Position numbers and translations under genes: made by a program. From a bacterium (GTDB lineage: Bacteria > UBA8248): DNA of 64,000 bases. This document shows, in pieces, positions 44,560-53,455 of this stretch (the stretch's first letter is position 1; every line of letters starts with the position of its first letter). The stretch covers positions 864,001 to 928,000 of the forward strand of contig CBDCRP010000003.1 in the NCBI GenBank assembly GCA_965221165.1, read 5' to 3'. The notes beneath the pieces were generated by a model. It was not told where the DNA came from. It did not search any database and saw only the letters and a list, made by a program, of their open reading frames with translations.

Positions 44560-45857
44560 CTCTTTACCGCCTGGTACACGCGCTCGAGTTCGCGATTCTC
44601 TCTGTCCGCCCCGACGCCGCGCGAGAATGCGGGCCGCTTTCGCAGCACCACCACGTTCGGGCCGCGCGGCCCCCATACGCTCGGCTCAGCCGGCCCCTGA
44701 AAGATGCAGATCACGGGAACGCCGAGCGCCGCGGCGATATGGGTGGGGCCCGAGTCGTTCCCGATGAAAAGCCGACAGGCCTTCATCACCCCCATGAGCG
44801 ACCGGAGGCTCCGTACCTTCCCGCACATGTCCACAACAGTGCCCCGGACACGGACGCCCTTCATGGATTTCAGTATCTCATCGACGATTTGCCGATCATC
44901 CGGCCCTCCCAGCAACAAGACCCGTGCCGGGAGACTGGAAACGACCCGGCTGATCAGTTCCCCGTAGAGTTTCGGTCTCCATATTCTCTCTCTTCCTCCG
45001 GCTCCCGGGTGAATCCCGATGAAAAAATCAGAGCCGTACTCCATCAGGGATGATAAGGTTGCGCGCCCTTGCGCCTGTTCTTCTCGAGAGAGCGTCAGTG
45101 CGGGGTTTTTCGTCTCGAACGGACCCAGCCCCGCACATTCGAGCAGACCCAGATTAAATTCCACCTGATGGCGCTTGGGGTACTCCTCGGCTTCGACATC
45201 CAGCCCGAAGCCGAATCCTCTGATGCCGCGCCCGACCAGATAGCGCGCGCCCGCGAGCCTCGCCGCGATGATCGACTGAAAATCGCCCGCGAAATCGACC
45301 GCCAGATCGTAGGACCCGCCGATTTCCTCCGCTCTCAATCTGAGCAATCGCCTCAGTCTGCGCATCGAGAGAAAACCGAATTTTTTCCGCTTCGGCCTGT
45401 CGCGCCAGGACGCATTGAATACGAGAAAATCCACCCCGCCCAACTCTTCGTCCAAGTCCATGAACAAAGCGCGGGCGGATGAGCGAACGAGAAGGTCGAT
45501 TTGCGCATCCGGCAGGCTTTCGCGAATCGCATGAACCGCGGGCAGCGTACAGACGAGGTCGCCGATATGATCGGAGCGCATCAAAAGAACACGGCGAATG
45601 GCCGGGGGCCTTTCTCTCGTTTTACCGAAAAAGGTCTCCCCCGCCAGGTCGACCGTGCGAAACGCCAACCTCGCCAGAAGACTCCTATAGTCGTAATTGC
45701 GCTGAAAAACGGGAATCCTGCGGCCCGGCTCCGGACTGAATGCCGCCTCCACCGGGGGCACGGCGGATTTAGGGGGCAGGCGCAGGTGAGCCTCATCAAA
45801 AAAACTCGCCGCCTCGAGCGGTGATTCGCGCATTCCCACGTTTTCTGATTTATCCAT
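44550..45857 (-). CDS. GT9 (ADP-heptose:LPS heptosyltransferase-like) glycosyltransferase
   Basis: DHIGD, IGIHPGAG, IGNDSGPTHIAAALG, WGP. Confidence 0.9.
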   Translation of the reverse strand: MDKSENVGMRESPLEAASFFDEAHLRLPPKSAVPPVEAAFSPEPGRRIPVFQRNYDYRSLLARLAFRTVDLAGETFFGKTRERPPAIRRVLLMRSDHIGDLVCTLPAVHAIRESLPDAQIDLLVRSSARALFMDLDEELGGVDFLVFNASWRDRPKRKKFGFLSMRRLRRLLRLRAEEIGGSYDLAVDFAGDFQSIIAARLAGARYLVGRGIRGFGFGLDVEAEEYPKRHQVEFNLGLLECAGLGPFETKNPALTLSREEQAQGRATLSSLMEYGSDFFIGIHPGAGGRERIWRPKLYGELISRVVSSLPARVLLLGGPDDRQIVDEILKSMKGVRVRGTVVDMCGKVRSLRSLMGVMKACRLFIGNDSGPTHIAAALGVPVICIFQGPAEPSVWGPRGPNVVVLRKRPAFSRGVGADRENRELERVYQAVKRCA

Positions 45858-46068
45858 CGTGCGTTCTCAAAACGAATTTCAACTCCACAGGCAGTAATGA
45901 ATATAGCGCGCTTCGCCCCTCGGCGGAAATTCCGCCATCCCAAATCCCTCCCACGACATACACAACGCCGCCGGCAATCACGGGGATGATGAGCGATGTA
46001 GGCAGCCAGGGCAAGATCATACCCGCAAAAAGGGCCGCCAGACAGGCCGCCTCACCTCCTCCATCCAC
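45850..46068 (-). pseudogene. Probable C-terminal remnant of a membrane protein (Wzx flippase-like)
   Basis: Two hydrophobic helices followed by GGVVY...G.IS.E.R, the shape of flippase C-termini; fills the gap between two GT genes and overlaps the next start. Confidence 0.35.
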
Positions 46069-46075
46069 TATCCCT

Positions 46076-47191
46076 TCAAGCCCGCAAAACATCCTCATAA
46101 AGACGATGCGTCTTCTCGGCCACCACATCCCAGGTGAATTCCTCGAGCACTCTTTTGCGACCGGCTTCCGCCACCCGTTCGCGTTCACGGGGCTCATTCT
46201 TCAACTTTTGGAGAATTTTCCCCAAAGCCTCCGCATCAGCTTCGGGAAATACGAACCCCTCCGCACCGATGACATGCGGGATTTCGCCCGTGGCCGCTCC
46301 CACGGGAACCACGCCGCAACCCATCGCCTCGATCAGCACGCGACCGAATTGCTCTCGCCAGTTCACGGCCGCTCTCGATGGAAGCGCCAACACATGCCAT
46401 TTGCGCAAATACCAGGGAACCTCGAAATTATCGACCCAGCCGATGAATTCCACCTGCTCCCCGATTCCGAGTGCGCGCGCGAGCCGCTCCAGATTTTCCC
46501 GCACATCCCCATCCCCTACGATTTGCGCTCTCCAGTCTCCCGCAAGACCCGCAAGCGCCCCCAAGAGAACGTCGACCCCTTTGGGGTGAACGAGCCTTCC
46601 GGCATACCCGACGGTAAATACATCGCCGCGCTCACCCGGCTCAGGCGGACGGAAAAGTTCCGGGTCCAGTCCCCATTGGGGGAGCGTTCGCACTTTTTCC
46701 GGCGGTGCGCCGAGACGCGAAAGCCTTGTCCGGGCGGTATGGGCATAGACCAAAAGCGCGTCCGCGCGGCGGAAAATGATTTTTTCGATCCTGCGGGCGC
46801 GCCAGGGGAGAGCGCTATCGGAATTCTCCGAGTTGTTGACAATGAACTTCGGCCGCGTTCTGAGCATAGACAGATAAAGTAATACCTGGGCCGCGGCGAA
46901 GCCGTAGGACTGCTCTTCCAGGTGAATGATATGCGGCCGCGCTTGCCTGAGCGCCTTCCATAGCCCCCGGCGGTAGACGTGGCCGCCCACCCTGCCGCTG
47001 AAAACCAGGGGGCCGGTGAAAATCCGGTATCCGTTCTCCTCGCCCTCATGGCAGGTGAGCACCCGCGCGCCTTCTTTCCACTTTTCAGGCGCGAGCAAAA
47101 AAACCTCGAGCCCCGGCCGCTGCGCGAGCGCGGCGATCTTCGCCCGATGAAGCGGCGACGCGCAGAAGCGGGAAATGACTAAAACGCGCAT
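46076..47191 (-). CDS. GT4 glycosyltransferase
   Basis: GYAGRL..KG, WREQFGRVLIEAMGCG. Confidence 0.92.
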   Translation of the reverse strand: MRVLVISRFCASPLHRAKIAALAQRPGLEVFLLAPEKWKEGARVLTCHEGEENGYRIFTGPLVFSGRVGGHVYRRGLWKALRQARPHIIHLEEQSYGFAAAQVLLYLSMLRTRPKFIVNNSENSDSALPWRARRIEKIIFRRADALLVYAHTARTRLSRLGAPPEKVRTLPQWGLDPELFRPPEPGERGDVFTVGYAGRLVHPKGVDVLLGALAGLAGDWRAQIVGDGDVRENLERLARALGIGEQVEFIGWVDNFEVPWYLRKWHVLALPSRAAVNWREQFGRVLIEAMGCGVVPVGAATGEIPHVIGAEGFVFPEADAEALGKILQKLKNEPRERERVAEAGRKRVLEEFTWDVVAEKTHRLYEDVLRA

Positions 47192-47210
47192 GACGGCCTC
47201 CCCATAGCGC

Positions 47211-47987
47211 CTACCCTAAACGCAGAAAAACGCCTTCGACGACCCCGCTGAACCAGCAAATGGGAGGAATTTTGGATAGCCGGGCCTCGGCGCCCAACCA
47301 TATATGCGGATGCGCTCCCAGTGATTGCCTGAGCCCTTCCGGCAGAGGGGTCAGATTCTTCGGCAGGGTGTTCGAATACCATGTCTTGACCGCCTGAAAC
47401 CCGAACCGGGAAAGGAGTCGGCGCATTTTTTTGATGGAATAGAGCCGGTCGTGATCACTCGCTTTGAAGATATTTCTCGCCAGGAACTCCGCGTAACTCC
47501 ACTCGTTGGGCAACATCATCACGACAAGGAAACCCTCGGGGCGCAGGGTGCGCGAAATTTCCGAGAGCGAGCCGCTCTCGTCTTCCACATGCTCCAGTAC
47601 CCCGCATGACAAAACGACGTCGAAAGATTCGTTCTCGAAGGGAAGCCGAACGGGGTCTTTGCCGTACACGACATCGAGGTTTTGATCGCGGAGAAATACA
47701 TTCGAAGGAGATGGTTCTTCTGCTTCAATCGTGTAGGAAACGACCTCGAAACCCCGGTTTCTCAGAAGATAAGACATCTGCCCGTAACCGCACCCCCAAT
47801 CCAGCAACCTGCCGCCATGTGGTTTCAGGTTTTTCACGATATCCGCTTTTCGCAGATAATTGGCGCGCCCAAGCGGCGTGGACAAGTGGTGGAGACCGCA
47901 GCAGGCCTCCGCCGATGAGCGTTCGACGGCGCAGGCGAGCACAGCCATCTCTTCGGACTCGGGTCGAGGAGAGCGTATCGTCGGCAT
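47211..47987 (-). CDS. Class I SAM-dependent methyltransferase
   Basis: LLDWGCGYG, LPF.NESFDVV, VLEHV, LRPEG. Confidence 0.9.
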   Translation of the reverse strand: MPTIRSPRPESEEMAVLACAVERSSAEACCGLHHLSTPLGRANYLRKADIVKNLKPHGGRLLDWGCGYGQMSYLLRNRGFEVVSYTIEAEEPSPSNVFLRDQNLDVVYGKDPVRLPFENESFDVVLSCGVLEHVEDESGSLSEISRTLRPEGFLVVMMLPNEWSYAEFLARNIFKASDHDRLYSIKKMRRLLSRFGFQAVKTWYSNTLPKNLTPLPEGLRQSLGAHPHIWLGAEARLSKIPPICWFSGVVEGVFLRLG

Positions 47988-48130
47988 AGGACGCGAACCC
48001 TGTTTTCATCGTGGAGGCAAGATCTACTCTATCCCCGGGACCACGCGGAACACAAGGCTCGCTTGACACGAGGCCGGTGGGTGGGAGAACTTCCGAATAG
48101 CCACCATCCACCCATTCGAGGGATAAAACC

Positions 48131-49000
48131 ATGGACCATTGCGGAGCGCGCCTCCGGGCGCTTTTGGAAGAGAAACGACCCGTGCTTGCTCCCGCCTGCA
48201 TCGACGCCTTCAGTGCGCGCATGGTCGAGCAGGCGGGGTTTGCGGTGAACTATCTGACGGGCAACGGCGCCTCGGCGGCCCTCCTCGGCAAGCCGGACGT
48301 GGGCTTCATGACGCTGCGCGAGGTGGCCGACGTTTGCCGGAACATCGTACAGGCCACCTCGATTCCCCTCATAGCGGACGCCGACACCGGTTACGGCAAC
48401 GCCGTCAACATGATTCGCACCGTCCGCGAACTCGAATCGGCGGGCGTCGCCTGCATCCAGATCGAGGATCAGGTGACACCCAAAAGGTGCGGTTTCCTGC
48501 CCGGCTCGATCCCCGTCATTTCCCTGGACGAACAACTCGGCAAGCTGAAGGCGGCGCTGGACGCCCGCCAAAGCGAGGATTTCCTCATCCTCGCCCGCAC
48601 GGACGCAGCCTCCGACCATGGGCTGGACGAGGCTATCCGCAGAGCCGTCGCCTATAAAGAGGCGGGGGCCGACCTCACGTTCATCGAGGTCGAAGGCACG
48701 GAGGAGGAACTCAGGAAAATCGGCGCCGAGGTTCCTCCGCCCCACGTCACCACGCTCGATGAATCGAGGCGCGAGGCGGCCCTCAGCGTGGATGAACTCG
48801 GAGAACTCGGCTTCGGCGTCATCATCTATCCGGGCATCGTGCGCTGCACGTATCTCAAAGCGGTGAACGACGTGCTGCGCATCCTCAAGGAAGAAGACTC
48901 CACGCGCTCCGCGCGCGAGATGATGGCCACCTTCCAGGAATACAACGACGCCCTGGGCATCTCGGAAATCCAGACGTGGGAGCGCGAATACCTGGGATGA
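48131..49000 (+). CDS. Isocitrate lyase/PEP mutase superfamily enzyme
   Basis: DAFSAR, G.PD.G, DADTGYG, IEDQ..PKRCG, ARTDA, AY.EAGAD..F.E. Confidence 0.9.
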   Translation: MDHCGARLRALLEEKRPVLAPACIDAFSARMVEQAGFAVNYLTGNGASAALLGKPDVGFMTLREVADVCRNIVQATSIPLIADADTGYGNAVNMIRTVRELESAGVACIQIEDQVTPKRCGFLPGSIPVISLDEQLGKLKAALDARQSEDFLILARTDAASDHGLDEAIRRAVAYKEAGADLTFIEVEGTEEELRKIGAEVPPPHVTTLDESRREAALSVDELGELGFGVIIYPGIVRCTYLKAVNDVLRILKEEDSTRSAREMMATFQEYNDALGISEIQTWEREYLG

Positions 49001-49028
49001 TTCATCAGCATCACGCAAGGAGCGGAAA

Positions 49029-49328
49029 ATGATCACCGTAGGCATGTATTACGAAGTGCTGCCGGGCAAGGAGAAAGAGTTCGAAGAAAAATTCGAGGCC
49101 GTGGCCAACGCCCTGGAAGGCCAGGCCGGCCACGTGCAGAGCCTTCTGTATCAACAGGTGAAAAACCCGAATTCCTACACCATCCTCTCGGAATGGGGCA
49201 CCCAGGAAGACTTCATGACCTTCATCAGGAGCGATGCGTTTCGCGCCGTCACGGACTGGGGAAAAGCGGAGATTCTGGCGGGCCGACCGCGCCACAAGCT
49301 CTATGGCCGCGAGGGCGATCTCCACTAG
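49029..49328 (+). CDS. Antibiotic biosynthesis monooxygenase (ABM) domain protein
   Basis: V.PGKE.EFE..F, G....L, Y.I.SEW...E.F..F..S..F pattern; 99 aa. Confidence 0.8.
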   Translation: MITVGMYYEVLPGKEKEFEEKFEAVANALEGQAGHVQSLLYQQVKNPNSYTILSEWGTQEDFMTFIRSDAFRAVTDWGKAEILAGRPRHKLYGREGDLH

Positions 49329-49340
49329 AGGAAAACCCGT

Positions 49341-50218
49341 ATGCCAGACATGCTCCCCTGCCCGCCCCCGGACCCCCATCCCAGGGCGCCTCGCTTCAAA
49401 CTTCCCCCCGGCGCCTGGGACACCCACGGCCACATCTTCGGGCCCGAGAGCAAATACGCCTACTCCCCCAAAAGGGGCTACACGCCCCCCGACGCTTCCT
49501 TAGAAGCATTCGAAGCACTCCACCGGACACTCGGGGTGGAGCGCGGCGTTCTCACCCAGCCCAGCGTCTACGGGGTCGACAACACCGCCATGCTCGACGC
49601 CATGGCCCGCTCCCGGGGGCGGCTCATGGGCGTGGCCTCCGTGGACAAGGACGTAAGCGAGGAAGAGCTCGCGAATCTCCACGAGGCGGGCGTTCGCGGC
49701 CTGCGGATCAACCTGGCGGACAAGGGCGGGAATCCATTCGATTCGTTCGCAGACGTTCAGGCGATGGGCGAGCGCATCAAGAGCATGGGCTGGCACATGG
49801 AGTTTCTCATTCACGTGCATGAGTTCGCGGACCTCGGGAAAACCTTCTCCTCCCTGCCCGTTCACAGCGTTTTCGGCCACATGGGCTACGTACCGACGAC
49901 CGAGGGGTTGGGGCCGCTTCAGGAATTTATCGATCTGCTGAAAGAAGGCCGAACGTGGGTGAAACTCACGGGCGCCTACCGCATCACGGGCCTCCGGCAG
50001 ACGCCATATACGGACGTCGACCCCGTCGCCCGCGCGCTCATCGAAGCGGCGCCTGCGCGCATCATCTGGGTACGGACTGGCCGCATCCCGTCTGCAAACT
50101 CCCGATGCCCAACGACGGCGATTTACTGGATCAGTTGCTCGACTGGGCGCCGGATGAGAGCGTTCGCAATAAAATACTCGTGGACAACCCCCTGAAACTG
50201 CTCGGGCTCGATACATAG
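49341..50218 (+). pseudogene. Amidohydrolase_2 family lactonase (LigI-like), frameshifted near 50068
   Basis: DTHGHIFGP, QPSVYG.DN, GVRGLR.N, GHMG, WVKLTG.YR. The expected WGTDWPH motif is split: atc tgg gta cgg lacks one G, and GTDWPHP...NDG.L...ILVDNP continues in another frame to 50218. Confidence 0.85.
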
Positions 50219-50227
50219 GAGAGAAAA

Positions 50228-51133
50228 ATGGCGCGCAAGGCTACAAAAAAAATCGCATTCCTCGGCTTGGGCCGCATGGGCGGATTGATGACGAAACACC
50301 AGATCGACGCAGGCTTATCCGTCACGGGCTACGACCCCTCCCCGCAAGCCGCCGCGACGGCTAAGAAAAATGGCGCCAAAATCGCCAGAACCGTCGCAGC
50401 GGCGGTGAAGGGGGCCGACGTGGTCTGCAGTTCGCTCCCCACGCCCGCCGTCGTGAGGAACGTCTACCTCGGTCCCAAGGGCGTGCTCGATACGGCGCGG
50501 CGCGGGGTGGTCTGTTTTGAGCTTTCGACGAGCAGCGTCGCCCTCGCGAAAGAGATCGCCGAGGCGGCAAAGAAAAAGGGAGTCGCCTTTCTGGACGCTC
50601 CCGTGAGCGGGAGCATTCCGCACCTGGAGCGCAAGGAAGTCGCCGCCATCGTCGGCGGGGACCAGGCCGCGCTCAAGGAACACCGCGACGCGCTCGACGC
50701 CTTCAGCAAGTCCATCACCTACATGGGGAAATCCGGAAACGGCCTGATCATGAAGCTGGTGACGAACCATATTCTGAACATCCACCATTCCGGCATGGCC
50801 GAAGGGCTCGCGTTCGGGATGAAAGCGGGGCTGACGGCTCCCAAAATGATGAAATTCCTGCAAGGCAGCGTGATTCCCCTGCTGATCCACTACAAAGGCG
50901 CGACCATGGCGGCGCGCGATTATTCCGACGTCATCGCAAACCTGGGGATAAGCTACAAGGATTTGGGCCTCAGCATCAACGAGGCGAACGATCTGGGCGT
51001 CCCCGTGCCCCTGGGCGCCGCCGCGCGCCAGCAGTACACCTCCGCCATGGCGCTCGGCCTCGAAGATGCGGATTTCAACGCCGTTTTCGAGTCGTTCCTG
51101 AACGCCATGGGCACGAAGCCGAAAAGAAAATAG
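50228..51133 (+). CDS. NAD(P)-dependent beta-hydroxyacid dehydrogenase, paralog 1
   Basis: FLGLGRMG, DAPVSG, G.G..MKLV.N, KDL. Confidence 0.92.
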   Translation: MARKATKKIAFLGLGRMGGLMTKHQIDAGLSVTGYDPSPQAAATAKKNGAKIARTVAAAVKGADVVCSSLPTPAVVRNVYLGPKGVLDTARRGVVCFELSTSSVALAKEIAEAAKKKGVAFLDAPVSGSIPHLERKEVAAIVGGDQAALKEHRDALDAFSKSITYMGKSGNGLIMKLVTNHILNIHHSGMAEGLAFGMKAGLTAPKMMKFLQGSVIPLLIHYKGATMAARDYSDVIANLGISYKDLGLSINEANDLGVPVPLGAAARQQYTSAMALGLEDADFNAVFESFLNAMGTKPKRK

Positions 51134-51264
51134 ATTTTACAGGGGGCAGAGCGGACGCCTGCACCGCGTCGGGAGACGCCCGGGCTGATTTTTAGGGATG
51201 GCATCACCGGTACTCAGGCGTGGACGGCCTGCGATGGCGCATTCAACTTCAGGAGTGTGAATAA

Positions 51265-52170
51265 ATGGCGCGCAAGGCTACGAAAAAAATCGCATTTTTA
51301 GGCTTGGGGCGCATGGGCGGATTGATGACGAAACACCTCGTAGACGCCGGATTCGAAGTCACGGGCTACGACCCTGCGCCAAAAGCCGTCGCGGCTGCAA
51401 AGAAAAACGGTGTTAAAATCGCAAAAAACGCCGCGGCGGCGGTCAAAGGCGGCGACGTGGTGTGCAGTTCGCTGCCCAAAACCGCCATCGTGCGGGATGT
51501 CTATTTAGGCGCAGGCGGCGCGCTCCAGGCGATGCGGCGCGGCGCGATCTGTTTCGAGCTTTCGACGAGTTCCGTCGCCCTCGCGAAGGAAATCGCCGCC
51601 CAAGCCGCGAAGAAGAACATCGCCTTTCTGGACGCTCCCGTGAGCGGAAGCGTGCCGCATCTGGAGCGCAAGGAAGTATCCACCATCGTGGGCGGAGATA
51701 GGGCCGCGCTCAAAGAACACCGAGGCGTACTCGATGCGTTCAGCAAGTCCGTCACCTACATGGGAAAATCAGGAAACGGCCTGATCATGAAACTGGTGGC
51801 GAACCACATTCTGCACATCCAGCACGCCGGAATGGCCGAGGGACTCGCGTTCGGGGTGAAGGCGGGGTTGACGGCCCGGAAAATGATGAATTTCTTGCAG
51901 GGAAGCGTGATTCCGAACCTGATGTACTACAAGGGCACGGAGATGGCGGCGCGCGATTACTCCAACGTCATCGGGAACCTGGGACTCAGCTTCAAGGATC
52001 TGGGACTCAGCATCGAGGAGGCGAACGATTTGGGCGCGCCCGTTCCCCTGGGAGCAGCCGCCCGGCAGCAGCACACCTCCGCCATCGCGCTCGGGTTCGA
52101 ACAAGCGGATTTGAACGCCGTTTTCGAGACTTTCCTGAACGCCTCGGGCATGAGGATAAAGAGAAAATAA
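51265..52170 (+). CDS. NAD(P)-dependent beta-hydroxyacid dehydrogenase, paralog 2 (recent duplicate of paralog 1)
   Basis: Same length (301 aa) and same N-terminus MARKATKKIAFLGLGRMGGLMTKH; downstream non-coding cgtcgggagacgcc...ctgatttt...agggatgg is also duplicated. Confidence 0.92.
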   Translation: MARKATKKIAFLGLGRMGGLMTKHLVDAGFEVTGYDPAPKAVAAAKKNGVKIAKNAAAAVKGGDVVCSSLPKTAIVRDVYLGAGGALQAMRRGAICFELSTSSVALAKEIAAQAAKKNIAFLDAPVSGSVPHLERKEVSTIVGGDRAALKEHRGVLDAFSKSVTYMGKSGNGLIMKLVANHILHIQHAGMAEGLAFGVKAGLTARKMMNFLQGSVIPNLMYYKGTEMAARDYSNVIGNLGLSFKDLGLSIEEANDLGAPVPLGAAARQQHTSAIALGFEQADLNAVFETFLNASGMRIKRK

Positions 52171-52312
52171 TTTTATCGGAGGCAAACGGAAGTACGCACC
52201 CACGTCGGGAGACGCCTCTCCTGATTTTATGAGGGATGGGCCTGTCCCCTCCCCGCCCGTCGATTCGCAGGATGGGCGTTGCGTGATGCCGTATTCAAAG
52301 GAGTGATGAGAA

Positions 52313-53191
52313 ATGGCGAAAGTGGTTGCTTTTCTGGGTCTCGGCAACATGGGCTCCGGCATGTCGGAGAATCTGGTGAAGGCGGGATTCGACGTTCGAG
52401 GCTTCGACCCCGTCCCCGCCGCGCGCGAGCGGGCGGCCTCGGCCGGCCTTACAGTTTTCGAGACGGCGGCGGAAGCCGCATCGGGCGCGGAGGTCATCTG
52501 CAGTTCGGTGCCCGAAGTCGAACACGCGAAAGAAGCCTATCTGGGCGAGACCGGCGCGCTCACGAGCGCGCCCGAGGGTGCTGTTTGTTTCGACCTGTCC
52601 ACCCTCACGGTCGAGGGCAGCCAGGAACTCGCCGGGGAGGCGAAAAAACGCGGGGTCCGGTTTCTCGACACCCCCGTCAGCGGGAGCGTGCCCCACGCGA
52701 GAGCGGGGACCCTCGCCATCATGGTGGGGGGCGATGAGGCCGCACTCGAGGTCCACCGCGACGTTTTGGAAGCCTTCAGCGCCTCGATCCACTACTTCGG
52801 CGCGAACGGCGCGGGCCTCCAGATGAAGCTGGTGACGAACCACATTTTTGCGATCCACATCTCCGCCATCGCCGAGGCGCTGACCATGGGGACGAAGGGG
52901 GGCCTGAGCCCCGAGCAGATGGTCGAGTTCCTGAAGGCGAGCGTCATCCCAAAAATTCTCGAATACAAGGCCTCGCCCATGATCGCCAAGGACTACACGC
53001 CCACGTTCACGGTAAACCTGATGCTCAAGGATTTGCGCATCATCGCGGCGATGGCCGACGGCCTCGCGACGCCGATCCCTCTGGGAACCATGGCGCGGCA
53101 GGTCTACATGGGCGCGGCTGCTATGGGGCACGGGAACGCGGATCAAAACGCCATCCTAGATTTTTTTGAAAAAAGCGCAGGGATGGATTAA
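52313..53191 (+). CDS. NAD(P)-dependent beta-hydroxyacid dehydrogenase, paralog 3
   Basis: FLGLGNMG, DTPVSG, MKLVTN, F...LMLKDL. Confidence 0.92.
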   Translation: MAKVVAFLGLGNMGSGMSENLVKAGFDVRGFDPVPAARERAASAGLTVFETAAEAASGAEVICSSVPEVEHAKEAYLGETGALTSAPEGAVCFDLSTLTVEGSQELAGEAKKRGVRFLDTPVSGSVPHARAGTLAIMVGGDEAALEVHRDVLEAFSASIHYFGANGAGLQMKLVTNHIFAIHISAIAEALTMGTKGGLSPEQMVEFLKASVIPKILEYKASPMIAKDYTPTFTVNLMLKDLRIIAAMADGLATPIPLGTMARQVYMGAAAMGHGNADQNAILDFFEKSAGMD

Positions 53192-53317
53192 CGCGCATGG
53201 AACGAGAGGCTTTCGCGAAACCAAGGCATACGCGCAAGCGCGCCCCTGCGCACATGGCGATGAAAGTCATTTTCCGGGATAATGGCTCGACTTTGGGGTT
53301 CTCGTGGAAGACTTGCT

Positions 53318-53342
53318 ATTCTTGAGTAATTTAGTTTAGTAT
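53318..53342. promoter_or_regulatory. Rrf2-family (IscR type 1-like) operator upstream of moeB/moeZ
   Basis: attcttgagtaatttagtttagtat; reverse complement ATACTAAACTAAATTACTCAAGAAT resembles the IscR type 1 motif. Confidence 0.4.
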
Positions 53343-53455
53343 TTAATGGAATTATGGAACGGGCGTTGCGCGCTCTTCCATGCCGAGGACTTACGATAGA
53401 ATATTTTATCCCATATCCCTTTTCAGCGAATGCTGGCAGCAAAGGAGATCAAGAA

